A DNA stretch of 63,533 nucleotides, the filler included, from Globobulimina sp. (taxonomy: Eukaryota), in NCBI GenBank assembly GCA_003354225.1. It is 37 parts of 37 records of this genome, joined end to end, with 100 filler letters (N's around TTAATTAATTAA, not from the genome) between each part and the next. Parts side by side here need not be neighbours in the genome. Positions count along the whole stretch, not along the records: positions 46,448 to 48,066 come from PIVH01014029.1; positions 48,167 to 49,785 come from PIVH01014030.1; positions 49,886 to 51,504 come from PIVH01014031.1; positions 51,605 to 53,223 come from PIVH01014032.1; positions 53,324 to 54,942 come from PIVH01014033.1; positions 55,043 to 56,661 come from PIVH01014034.1; positions 56,762 to 58,379 come from PIVH01014035.1; 30 more parts are not named here. One strand, given 5' to 3'. Below the pieces are notes generated by a model that was not told where the DNA came from, did not search any database, and saw nothing but the letters and a program-made list of their open reading frames with translations. A program made the position numbers and the translations under genes. Shown in pieces: positions 46,448-58,479 of the stretch; position 1 is the stretch's first letter, and each line of letters opens with the position of its first letter.

Positions 46448-47408
46448 AATCTCGAAATATCTGCGCCAACTCTGACACCGACTTACTTATATTTATAATT
46501 TCTTGCGTCCGCTTATCGCAATCCTGCTCCATAGATTCCAATGCAATCAATTCCTGTTTGGTCAAACCTTGCTCAATTTTACTCAAATCCAAATTCAATG
46601 ACTTAAATCCAGTCTCTTTGTGATATGATTTGATAAACTTACTCGACCGCGATTCTCTCTCTTTCAATTTCTCCAAAAATATGCGCTGATCGTGCCTGAA
46701 TATTGTAGTCAGTTTCTGTATTTGCACAGCACGCGATTTCATTGCATTTAATCGCAATTCACACTGTATTCCATCGATATGCGTTATATTTTGCGTCGAT
46801 TTGAGCGCAATTTGCTTTAATTTCGACTGTGTGTCATGGAATAATGAAGTTATCCATTTGGTGGTCTCCTCAATTTGTATGTCCTGTTGCACGTATAAGT
46901 CGTCATCGAATTGAATGCGTAATCTCTCGCGATGTGTCTCGCTCAGAATTCCTACTTATTTTTTATTATTTTAGTTGTTACCGACGGTGATATGGATTAT
47001 AAATAATTAACAGTGCTTTTGGATGGTAGCTATATTTCCATCGATGTTCTGTAATAATTGGAGGCATAATGGTTGGTTTTGTAATGCGTTCAATAGATTG
47101 GAGGGTAGTTTTGGTTTTTCCTCATCAGAGTTTGAGGACAAATCATCGGAATCGGAATCATTTCTTTTTTTGTGAGTGGATGCATGTTTTAATAGTGATT
47201 CGCCTTCTTGACTGTCATCGGATTTGTACGGATCTTTGATGCCTAATCTTTGGGCAAGCTTAGATTTGGAAAATTTAGCGTTGGTTCGGTGTGATATGTT
47301 GGTTGCTGCTGAACGCAAATAAGTGGAAATGTCTTTGATTTTTATAGAGTGCGGTTTGTATAATCTGCGCAGTTCCTTGAAGCGTTTGGTTCGATCACGG
47401 AAAGTCAT
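46448..47408 (-). CDS. STX16: Syntaxin-16-like Qa-SNARE (2 exons, 3'-partial)
   Basis: N-peptide MTFRDRTKRFKELR; intron at about 47011-46955; SNARE motif RTQEIINISKSVSELAQIFRD. Confidence 0.8.
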
Positions 47409-47529
47409 GCTACAGAGTACAGACTCGAGATAAAAAATAAAAATCTTTTTATCCAGAAACATTTGTTTCCATGTGATATTGTGCAAGGATTGAACAGTTG
47501 AACGATGCTTAAATTAAAACAACACACTT

Positions 47530-48066
47530 TTATCTCATATGTCCAGCCCATCCTCCCATGGGTGGTTTTTTCTTTCCATTGGTGCACATATTTGCATAAT
47601 GTCCCAATTCGCCACATTTATAACATGTAACCTCCGACAATGGCCGCAATCCTTTATAATCCGGCGCCGGTTTCATGTTACATGAACTTGCAATGTGTCC
47701 AGGATTGCCACACAATGCACAAAAAGTAGGTATTACCGATTCAGTTTGCTTGCTGGTAGTCGGTAGCTCATATTTTGGATGTCCGAATTTGCAGTTTGGT
47801 CCATTGGAACAGAATCCTTTCAAATAATTCTCGCAAATGATACGTCGAACATGTTTGTTTGTACACTTTGGCCCCAATTTGCAAAATCCGCGTGCGTACC
47901 ATGGACATTCCTTGACTTGATCCTCAATCCGTAAATGCAAAAATAAGCATTCCGGATTGTTGCATTTACCAAAGGTACTGAAAAAATGGCATGGCGGTAA
48001 TTTAGCCATATCATACATGTGTAAAAATTCACAATCCTCGTCTTTTTTGCACAATCCACGCAACCA
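47530..48066 (-). CDS. CPSF4: CPSF30/Yth1 (CCCH fingers plus two zinc knuckles; 5'-partial)
   Basis: WLRGLCKKDEDCEFLH.YD..KLPPCHFFS.FG.C.N.EC.FLH, CPWYARGFC and CYKCGELGHYANMC. Confidence 0.93.
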   Translation of the reverse strand, partial: WLRGLCKKDEDCEFLHMYDMAKLPPCHFFSTFGKCNNPECLFLHLRIEDQVKECPWYARGFCKLGPKCTNKHVRRIICENYLKGFCSNGPNCKFGHPKYELPTTSKQTESVIPTFCALCGNPGHIASSCNMKPAPDYKGLRPLSEVTCYKCGELGHYANMCTNGKKKPPMGGWAGHMR

Positions 48067-48166
48067 NNNNNNNNNNNNNNNNNNNNNNNNNNNNNNNNNN
48101 NNNNNNNNNNTTAATTAATTAANNNNNNNNNNNNNNNNNNNNNNNNNNNNNNNNNNNNNNNNNNNN

Positions 48167-48795
48167 CTCGAAAGCGGGGCATTTCGCGAAATCAGAAGAA
48201 AAAAAAGAAAAAAAATAAATTTAATAAGCAGTTAGAACGTAAATTTAAAGCGTTTGGTAAAGGCTTTCGTGAAAAGATTGAAGATATGAAACAGAGAGGG
48301 AAACATACGCAAAATGATTCAACTGAAAATATAAATATTCAATTAATTAATTTAGATTATAAAAGACAACAATCGACGCCGCCACCAAATAACGAGAATA
48401 ATAATCATAATGATATTGAGATGAAAAAACCTGTTTATTTAAAAAATCAGGCTGGCCGTGGTTCGTTGACCGATGGCGATGAGCCATTATACGATATTAA
48501 AATAAATAAAGTGAGCAAAAAAACATTTACTCATAAAAAACCAATGTATCATAGTAACATACCATCTGCGTCGACTACGCCTGAACGGAGAAGTGCTTTA
48601 ACGCAGAATGCAGAGAATAAAAATAATGGTAATACGAATCAACATCATAGAGGACATTCTGGACATTCTGGGCATTCATTGAGTTCATCAGCACATTCTG
48701 TTTTTGGTATACAACACACAAATATCAATAATACAAATAATATCATTGAAGAAGAAGATCCTGAATGTGAGCAATCTGATATTGAATCACATTAA
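48167..48795 (+). CDS. Disordered C-terminus of an unknown protein (5'-partial)
   Basis: Open frame with Asn/His-rich composition, followed by T-rich UTR-like sequence. Confidence 0.55.
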
Positions 48796-49363
48796 TTTGT
48801 ATTTTGGAATGTAGTGTTTTTTATGTTTGGTGCTAATGTGGAGTGTGTTGTTTTGTTTTATTATTTGTATACTTATAATCGTAAAAAAATAATTTTAAAA
48901 TCTCTTTTATTCCTTTTTCTAGAGGCCTTCATGTAATGTTCTCTGTGGTTTTCTAGTTAGTTAGGAAGTGGAAGAAGTTTTTAAGTAAAGATCAAAACAT
49001 CAAAACAGTTTTTAAGAAAAGAGAGTAGCTTTTTTTTATTGTACTTTGTTGATCTTTGCTTATATATAATTTTTGTTGTATTTGTTTTTTGATTTTATTG
49101 TTGCAGAGAATTTAGAAACGATGTCCCCGTTTTTATTTGTCAAAAGGCCGTAAAAATTAATATAAAGTTTAATTTGAAGCAACTTTTCCAAGCACTAAGT
49201 AAAAACATAAAGTATTATTACAGCATAACACGTTTAAAATAAATCACAAAAATCAAAAAATACAAAATATTAACGCATCATAAATCTCATGATGATTCTC
49301 ATCATTCTCATGTGAAATATAAATATATACAATAACTTATAATTTTGTTGATAATAATTTACA

Positions 49364-49785
49364 TTAATAAATATTTCGAGTAATTTTAAGAGCTCCATCT
49401 TCATCTTTTACTATTTTCCAATTATTTTTAGAAAATAAATCTTCATATTTTGCAAATTCAGAACTTGAATACATAATTGTTGGATGCCATAATATTATTT
49501 CATTCAATTTTGAATATTTGAGTTTATTCACCAACAATAATGTTGAAACTAAGGATTGTAAATATGATTCATTTATACATCCAATATTTTCACAATATAT
49601 ACTTGTAACTTGTTTAAATATTTTATTTAATTTCTCATATTGTATTAAATTATCCTCTCTTTTATCTTTAATCTCATTTATTCCCCAATTTTCTAATCCA
49701 ACTCCATATTCTTTGATATTCTCTCTATTCAACGCAATCTCAGTTATTTGTTGTGTCCATTTTGTAAATGATTTAATAATAAAAT
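49364..49785 (-). CDS. C-terminus of a hypothetical protein (5'-partial)
   Basis: Open frame running from the contig end; no family recognised. Confidence 0.5.
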
Positions 49786-49885
49786 NNNNNNNNNNNNNNN
49801 NNNNNNNNNNNNNNNNNNNNNNNNNNNNNTTAATTAATTAANNNNNNNNNNNNNNNNNNNNNNNNNNNNNNNNNNNNNNNNNNNN

Positions 49886-50722
49886 AATTGAAGTGCTGGG
49901 AATTGAAGTGCTGGGAATTGAAGTGCTGGGAATTGAAGTGCTGGGAATTGAAGTTGTGGGCAATGTGGTTGGTTCAGATGTTGTGGGCATTGAAGTTGTG
50001 GGAATTGCAGTCGTTGCATTTGATGCAGTTGGATTTTCTGTGGGTGTATTTGTTGGATTCAATGTTAAATCACATGCTGTACTTCCAGAACATACCCATC
50101 CTGCACCAATATCACAACTCGCAGTATAACCATCTAAACATAACATTCTTCCCGGTCCACCATAGCCATCATCCGTGTATTCATCACCAGCATACCGTGA
50201 GAAATCCATATCTAACCAACCATTTATAGCATAAAACCGTAATTCTCCGTCACAACTTTGACAATGTGTTAAACCGCTGTTATCCCCGGAAATATGGCAT
50301 TTTTTCCGCCCAAATACATTTTGTGGACAATAAATATGAATATTTTCACAGTCATAGTCTCCTGCACAACCAAATAAATATAATTCTGTTGATGTAACGG
50401 CGTTAATCGTTGCACCCCAACATGTCTGGTTGAATGAATGATAATTTGTAGAGAATAATATGTTGAATGATATATATATTATAATTAATACCTGAGTTCC
50501 TCCAGAACACGTTATATTGCACCCATAACCTGCTGGGCAGTTAAAGGTGGCTCCACCGCAAGCATGGTTTCCATTGCAATCGATTATGCAATCTTCATTG
50601 GTTGGACAATTAATGGTATCTCCTGCGCACTGAGCAGTATCATGGCAATTCACAAAAGTGCTAGAACAATATAGTTTGATACATGATGCAACAATAATGA
50701 GAAACAAAGAGCAGTTTATCAT
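49886..50722 (-). CDS. Secreted or surface Cys-rich protein with a Pro/Thr/Ser stalk (3'-partial)
   Basis: Signal peptide, C.G..AC...C repeats, a 66-nt in-frame intron at 50491-50426, and PSTSI repeats encoded by a 15-bp tandem array at 49886-49950. Confidence 0.8.
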
Positions 50723-51063
50723 GTTTGATTGTTCAATCGAGTTTTTCGTATTTAACCTTTCCAAGCAAAAGAAAAACCAGAAAATTATCATTCCTTCCTT
50801 TGTTGACAGTTTGTATAATTTATTATCTCGTGTTTTATGCTGTAAATTGGATAATTTATTGTTAATTTGTATTTCAACAATGAAAATGTCAAAGCGAACA
50901 TATTTATCTCCAAATCAACTGAATTATAGGCTGAATATATAACAACACGCACAATATATATATAAACTATATAGCTCTCAATTATTGTTCGATAAACCTG
51001 TCTCTGAGACGAGAGTGACGTCTACAAACTTGACATAAAACGTTAACATATATTGCATTATTT

Positions 51064-51453
51064 ATGAATTCAATCATTCGAGATCATGAATTGCCGCGTC
51101 TTGATTTGACAAAAGCCATTCAACATAGCAATACGCATCAGTCACACAGGAGATTGCGCAGTGGAACACAAAAAAGAACAATAATATCAACCATAAACAA
51201 CCAACACATCGATTTAAAATTATTATACGATAAAAATGCGTATTTGCAGCATACGCCAAGATTGCCAAAGGCAAAAAAAATAGGGCCTTTGGTATCAGTA
51301 TTTGAAAGATTTGCGAATTGGGCAAATCCGAAATTTCAAGTTTTAGGATATTTGACATTTGAAAAGATTGATAAAGCCAACACTACAATGAATGTATCGG
51401 AATCATTTGTATTTTGTCAACAATTTGGATTATTCGATAATAATTCTCTTTGA
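51064..51453 (+). CDS. Hypothetical protein, possibly TPPP/p25-alpha-like
   Basis: LVSVFERFA...TMNVSESFVFCQQFGLF weakly resembles p25-alpha. Confidence 0.35.
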   Translation: MNSIIRDHELPRLDLTKAIQHSNTHQSHRRLRSGTQKRTIISTINNQHIDLKLLYDKNAYLQHTPRLPKAKKIGPLVSVFERFANWANPKFQVLGYLTFEKIDKANTTMNVSESFVFCQQFGLFDNNSL

Positions 51454-51604
51454 GCCATTTGTCTAATATTGGTGATATAATAATATTCGAAATTCTTTTT
51501 GGTTNNNNNNNNNNNNNNNNNNNNNNNNNNNNNNNNNNNNNNNNNNNNTTAATTAATTAANNNNNNNNNNNNNNNNNNNNNNNNNNNNNNNNNNNNNNNN
51601 NNNN

Positions 51605-52971
51605 ATCAAAAATCACCGATTCATCGTCCTCTAACTCCCACGGATCCTGCACCTGGCGGCCCAGCCCCATTGTTGTCTGCGTCTCTGTTTTAACGCGTCC
51701 ATGGCCGCGCTCCGGCTCCTTATCCTTCTCTTTAGCACAATTCACCAAATAACATAAATACAATGTAACAATAATCAACACTCCAATCACTGCCCATACC
51801 CAGCTCGCCTCTGCTCCTTCAATCTCTGCGATCAAATCATCAAAATGCACCACATCAACATCACCATCATCGCGCCCTTTATCCACAACCTCGGCATCAA
51901 TCATCTCTTGACAGTCATATATAAGCCGACCGTTAACATCCTGCAACGGCCTCCAATTCGGTGCCATATTATCATCCAAATCCGTACTCGATAACAACTG
52001 TCGAAACTTCGCCATTTGTTCCAATGACACCGTTAACGTTTCCTGCATAACTAACCAACGCACACTCTCATAACACGGCGGTGTGGTTAACGAGCCTTCG
52101 TAGGCGAACATGCCTCTATTTTCAGGCAATAATCCATTTAAATTGAATTGCGTATAATAAAAAGATAATAAATTAATATATCCCTCGGTATCGTACATAC
52201 GCACACCGTCCAATATCATATCATTTAATACCAAATCCAAGACAGGATTTGCTTCACCGATCTCAAACAAAACGGCAATGACAGCTAATACGTGGTCGTC
52301 ATCGTAGGTTAAGGCAGATACTTTCCCGTCGGCGTAGGCTTTGGTGGCAGCGGATAATGTGTGATAATCGCACGAGTAATGTACTAAATGTAATTCTAAC
52401 GGAAAGTCTTGGCCATTTATGCTATGTTCTGAGCCGTATTCGTTGGTTTCGCCCCAATGGAAATGTAACGAATCGAAGCAATATTCTTTGTGTGTATTGT
52501 GTACAAATTTAATTTAAATAAAAGGCAAATTAGGTATAAATACAAACAAATTAAAACGCAAACTATACAGAAACGATTTATACCGGAATTGATGGTGGAA
52601 GTATACGTGGAATAGAAGGGGTTTTGTAGACGGATGGAAGTGTCATTTGTATGATGTAAGATTTCGATGCCAGAGATTTCAGTGCCACCTTCATGTTGAA
52701 TTTCGAGCGGGATTACTTGCACGGAATGACCGCTGTTTCGAACGGCAAACTGTTGATCTTCATCGCAAGCGTATTGTAATAATAATGGTGTAGTACATGC
52801 GTCGCTGGTGTTTGTGTCTGTAGTTATTTCGATTGGTGATTGATGCTCTCCAGCGCATTCTGGCCAGTCCTCTGCCCAATGACTTACGTTGTTGGTATGA
52901 TCATCATAATCCCAGCTATGATTTGCTGAGGCGAAAGTAATCAATAATGATGAGAGCAATACAAATGACAT
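51605..52971 (-). CDS. Alpha-carbonic anhydrase with signal peptide and C-terminal TM helix (2 exons, 3'-partial)
   Basis: WDY, C.G.HQSPI, an intron at 52583-52486, Zn ligands LHFHWG...GSEH...ELHLVH, YEGSLTTPPC.ESVRW, NWRPLQ..NGR, and TM WVWAVIGVLIIVTLYLCYLV. Confidence 0.95.
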
Positions 52972-53090
52972 GGTCTGGACTTTGATGCTGACTGTTTTTT
53001 TTAAATCCGGATATTTGATGAGAAACATCAATAGAGTTTTCCTATTTAACCTTGATTTTGCTCATGATCAACTTTTTTTAATCATTTGTG

Positions 53091-53223
53091 ATTTGTTAGA
53101 GAAAAAGCTTAATTAAATGTTCGTCTAATCCTTATTTGTAGTACAGTACGATCTTTATTTACAGTTTCTAATAGAGACGAGAAGATGAGACGAACATTTA
53201 CTTAAGCTTTTTCTCTAACAAAT
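53091..53223. repeat. 40-bp inverted repeat reaching the contig end, upstream of the carbonic anhydrase
   Basis: 53091-53130 versus 53184-53223, 2 mismatches, 53-bp spacer. Confidence 0.88.
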
Positions 53224-53323
53224 NNNNNNNNNNNNNNNNNNNNNNNNNNNNNNNNNNNNNNNNNNNNTTAATTAATTAANNNNNNNNNNNNNNNNNNNNN
53301 NNNNNNNNNNNNNNNNNNNNNNN

Positions 53324-54590
53324 ATGTATGGCAATACCAGGAGTCCAATAAATGGAAAGCGCATCACGAAGAAATGGGCGCTATGATCGACCAAATCCCG
53401 CCGCGCACCGACTTGCTCATCGAGCATGGTTCGAGGAAGTATTTCATTGAGAAATACAATCTGCAGCAAGGCAGACAGACCAATCTGCGCACCCGGAACC
53501 AGAGAATGATTCGGCGGATCAGGATCCATGTTTGGGCGCCGCGCACTAATCCCATTCGCCAGAAAGCCATTCCGCTCATTATACCGACCCATCAACAGGT
53601 CTTTTTTTTGGGTTTCAGTTTCAAACTCACACTGTATTCAAGCTTGAAATTATATTTTTGCAGTTTGAAGCTATTTTTTTGCAGTTTGAAACTATGTTTT
53701 TTGTAACATAGATGCCGCATTTTTCGCAAGCACCAGAATATGCGGATAATTATTTCTTTGGCAAGACGCAAGGCGCCATACCATATCAGGGACAACAAGT
53801 GGTGCTTTCCACTGCGCACTCTCCAGCACAGCCGCAGCCACCTGCCGTTATATCGCAATCGCAAGCACTCTCCAGCAACGCGCCGGGGATAAAACCGAGA
53901 CTAAACGCCGAAGCACTGGACTTCACTCCAAATCTTAATCCGGTTATGCCTGCCCTAAATGGCATGGTTGGAGCTCCAATTGGTATACATACCGCCAATA
54001 TGAATAAAAAAAGACCCATGGTCGCACAGTCGCAGCCGCCATTTGCTAACAACGCCTATGATACCTATTTATCGCCGGCGCAGTTAATAAACCCGACGCA
54101 TATTGCTGCGCCCAATGATGTGCATATTATCAACCAGGATTTCAGCCATTTGGGCTGGGAGAAAATCGATATGGACGAGCCCGAATTTGCTGTGTTATCG
54201 GATGAGTGCGAGACCACTCAGTTTAGCGGCATCTGGTATTTCACCAAAATCCAAAATGTTTCGCCCAGTCGCGGTGGGAAGAAATGTACCTTATATTATG
54301 TGCCCGATGTGGACGATGCGCAGAATTTGTTCCAACACGGATTTACTGCGTCGCTGTTGGGCGGATTTAAGGCTTTTTGCAAGACGGTGAAGAAAGCACT
54401 GACATTCAACGATGATGACGATGAGCGGAATAATATCAAAATATTCGAGTGTTCGGTGTTTTTGTCGCCCAACGAACAGACCAATGTCAGTAAGTTGCAG
54501 TATGTCAATATCGCGGATCCAACGCGAATTGTATTGATTGCGTGCTGCGCGGTGAATGTTGACGTATTGAGAAAAGCATTAAATATGTAA
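53324..54590 (+). CDS. WWE-domain plus PAM2-motif protein (2 exons seen; 5'-partial)
   Basis: VWQYQESNKWK...GRQTNLRTRNQRMIRR (WWE); phase-0 intron at 53599-53711; RLNAEALDFTP (PAM2-like). Confidence 0.75.
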
Positions 54591-55042
54591 ACATATATTA
54601 TATATATCAGATATTACAAAGTTTTTTTTTGTTGTATTCAAGCTTGTTTTTTTTTCAGTTGAGTCATGGGAAGGTATTGCATACAACGCATCTTTTCATA
54701 GTTTCAGTTTTTTGATGCTGTGTAACATCATTTTGTGTATTTTTTATTTCTTTTTTTGTGCAACATTATCATATAAAAATATAGATAGCACATAGCAGCA
54801 CAAAAAGAAACAATCCTTAGATCACTTAAAATCGTTTAGAAAATGTTTTTAATCAAAAAAAATTGTGATCTTCAAAAAAATGATTGATTTTTTTTTGTGA
54901 TGTCTATTGTTTTTTTTTTTTTAATTTTATTTTTTTACCTCANNNNNNNNNNNNNNNNNNNNNNNNNNNNNNNNNNNNNNNNNNNNTTAATTAATTAANN
55001 NNNNNNNNNNNNNNNNNNNNNNNNNNNNNNNNNNNNNNNNNN

Positions 55043-56661
55043 CGCAAATTCTCTTTGCTGTTCGTCTGAGGCTAATTTGCCGCGGGATACAATCAAACTT
55101 CTTTCCAAATCTTTAATTTGTAATGTCAAGTTTTTACAAACTCCGTCTTTTTCTTTTAACAATTTTTCGCCATTATTTAATATAGTTTGTAAACCATTTT
55201 TTTTCTCGTATAAAATGGATAATTCATCATTGCGATCAATTAATTGCAAACCGATATTATTTCTATCTTTCGCTGCAATTTTATATTTTTCGACGATTTG
55301 TGATTGGTTCACATCAATTAAATTATATTCCTTTTGCAGTTTATTTATATCCATTTCGTGCCTATAAATTATTTGCTGTTTCTCCGCATAGCCATTATTT
55401 AATTTATTTAATTCAATGCGTAGCTGATCGTAGGTATATTTTGCTTGTGTTAATATACGTTTTTCTTCATTGACTGCATTATCTTTTGATATATTTTCAT
55501 TTCGTAATATTTCCAATTCATTTTCAACAATTTTTATTTTCTCTTTCATTTCAGCCAAAGCCTGGTATGTATTTGCAACTAAATTGGCATAGCGATTTCT
55601 TTGATTTTTTATAATTTCATACTGTTTTCGAAATAATTTCAAATTGGAAACGATAGTCAGACATTTCTTATTTAAATCCATTATAAATATCTCTTTTATT
55701 TTATATTTTTGCTTTGTTTTATGTATTTCTAGAGATGTTTTGGATGATTCTTTCACTATTTGCTCTCTCTCTAAATTCAATTCACGTATTTTCTCTTTTA
55801 ACAATCTCTCTTTTTTCCTATTTTCCTCAATTAACAACTCTTTATTAACAATGGTTTGTTTCATTGTTTTTAATTTTGTTTTAATTTCAAATTCGTTGTC
55901 TTCCTCATTTAAATATTGCGATATAAATATATCAATGTCTTCTTTCAACTCAATTAATAATTTATTTTGTCGTTTTAATTCTATATTTAAATCAATCATT
56001 TTTTTATTATTGCGGTCATATTCGCCTTCTAACGGCAATATTAATTCTTTTATACTCTCTTTTTTACGTCGTAACAGTTCATATTTTCGCTTTGTATCTT
56101 GATAAATACGATTTAATTTCATAATCATTTCAGATTCACGTTTTAATTCAAACTTTTTCTCATTTAATTCGATAGTTAGTTGCATTCGCAATTCCTGTGC
56201 ATCTTCGATTTTATGTTTTGAATGTTCCACTTTACGCGTAATCTCATCAACATCTCTCTCCTTTTTGTCAATGGCATCCCGTAAACGCATTAATTTCTCA
56301 TATTCTGCACTTCTTTGTTTTTCTATCTTGTTTTTTTTGCAATTTATGTTTTCCATTTCAACTCCCAATGCCTGTAATTTCTCATTTGTTTCTTGCTTTT
56401 TTCTTCGTAAAATATCAACTTTTCGCAGTAAAACTTGACACTGAATTTCAAGTCTTTCGGGTTCCGATTTTTGTCGAATTAATCTTTGTCGTTTATGCAA
56501 TTTCGTACGTTCCAACTCAATCAATTCTTGTTTGCAGTTTGTAATTCTATCGTTATATTTATCTTTTATTTTACATTCGTTATCAAACAATTTTTGTGTA
56601 TTTGAAATTTCTTCCTTTAATGTTTGTATTTCGGAATATAGTCTTTCTACAAATGGTCGTA
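55043..56661 (-). CDS. CCDC146: Flagellar coiled-coil protein CCDC146/MBO2-like (internal fragment)
   Basis: KNQRNRYANLV...AEMKEKIKIVENELEILR and GLQLIDRNDELSILYEK. Confidence 0.8.
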
Positions 56662-57269
56662 NNNNNNNNNNNNNNNNNNNNNNNNNNNNNNNNNNNNNNN
56701 NNNNNTTAATTAATTAANNNNNNNNNNNNNNNNNNNNNNNNNNNNNNNNNNNNNNNNNNNNCATTTAGCAAATGTTAATGACACAGCTGGGAAAGAGACT
56801 AAATAAGTTGGTATATGTACATGTTATAACTTATAATTATAATTATTAACATCTTACTCGCTTGCACAATTATACTTTTTTTGGTTCATTTGTATATTTA
56901 AGTATATTAATAGTTCTACAATTTTAATATTTGGGACCAAGTTATCTTTATGACCTCAAAAACACTGAAGATAATGAACAAAACATAAGATGATGACTAG
57001 TAGGCAGTAGTAGCTCACTACACTTCGTGAAAAACCTTTAACAATGAAAAACAGATAATAACAGTTCAATAACAGTGAATTAATGAAGATGAAGAACAAA
57101 GTAATAATATTGAGCTAATTTATTGTGGTGAGCGATTAACTCCAAAAGTTGAAGTCCGACCATAACAATGAAAATTAGCTCAATAGTTGGTGACTGCACA
57201 ATTAACAATAATGAGGAATTATTGAAATATTATCCTTCAAATTCGATATATGACACATTAAAAAATCAA

Positions 57270-58298
57270 TTAAATCAATATGTTTGACTTTAATGTGGAG
57301 GGAGAAGGACTTTCACCATTTATTTTCCTAATTATATGTTTTTTCATGCTGCTAATTACAAATTTATCACAGAATATATGAAATAAACAGCAATATCTAT
57401 GATACAAACGTATTGATAACGGTAAATATAAAAAAATGCAAATACAACCAACAATCATATCGGCTCCAAGTATCCACCACGTAGAGCTTTCAAAAAATAC
57501 ATGTTCATGATATATTTTATAATTTGAGAAGTATATTAAGACCGGAATCATCATAATAAATGTCGACAATATTGCTAACATCGATAATGAGCTATATCTT
57601 GTAATCATATTTAACATTATTTCATGTTCGTAACGCGACTCATTTCTATAATTCTCCGTTGACGATGCCAATATAAAAACGTCTTTTTGACTCAATAAAT
57701 GTTTATATAATCGATCAAAAAATAAATATATGATCATTACTGATAATAATAAATGAATGAAAAAGCCTAAAAAAACAAAAAACAATGCAACGTTATCCCG
57801 CGAAAAATCCTTATTTGAATCATTATCCTTCATATCATAAATGAAGAAAAATACGGAAAATGCGATAATTCCAAAGATTATTAATGTCAGCAAAAATATA
57901 TAAATTTTCAAATCAAATTGCATGTGGATATAAGCTGTCAATTGCTTTAAACGTTCGATTAACACAAAAAACATCGCGAGATACGCAATTACATAGTTTA
58001 TGAACATTCCTTTTCGTGCATTGTAATAAACGTTATACTTAACATCACCACTCGCATCGCCATTAATTACCCAGTCATATCCTGCGATGGTATAACATAT
58101 CAATGAGATACAATAAAACAGTAAGGACACAATGGATGATACACGAATTGTAACTGATTGTTTATGCGAATCTGGTCTTATTAATAATAACAATGGATGG
58201 CAAAACTCATAAATTGTAAACCCAGTGACTATGAATCCAATGATCGTGCATACGGTGCACCAAAGTATTGTAAAAATTCCGTAAGCAGCATTTGCCAT
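57270..58298 (-). CDS. Seven-transmembrane (GPCR-like) protein
   Basis: Seven hydrophobic helices, LIERL after TM3, and a YHRYCCLFH tail. Confidence 0.75.
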   Translation of the reverse strand: MANAAYGIFTILWCTVCTIIGFIVTGFTIYEFCHPLLLLIRPDSHKQSVTIRVSSIVSLLFYCISLICYTIAGYDWVINGDASGDVKYNVYYNARKGMFINYVIAYLAMFFVLIERLKQLTAYIHMQFDLKIYIFLLTLIIFGIIAFSVFFFIYDMKDNDSNKDFSRDNVALFFVFLGFFIHLLLSVMIIYLFFDRLYKHLLSQKDVFILASSTENYRNESRYEHEIMLNMITRYSSLSMLAILSTFIMMIPVLIYFSNYKIYHEHVFFESSTWWILGADMIVGCICIFLYLPLSIRLYHRYCCLFHIFCDKFVISSMKKHIIRKINGESPSPSTLKSNILI

Positions 58299-58479
58299 TA
58301 TTTCCTATAAAAAAAAACAGTGCACACTGCGCAGTAAGAAGCATGACGCTTAAAAACGAAGTAGCCATCGCGAATGCAGNNNNNNNNNNNNNNNNNNNNN
58401 NNNNNNNNNNNNNNNNNNNNNNNTTAATTAATTAANNNNNNNNNNNNNNNNNNNNNNNNNNNNNNNNNNNNNNNNNNNN

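Noticed and set aside
49886..49950. LKCWE-repeat ORF on the plus strand
   Set aside because: It is the antisense reading of the PSTSI stalk repeat of the minus-strand surface protein.
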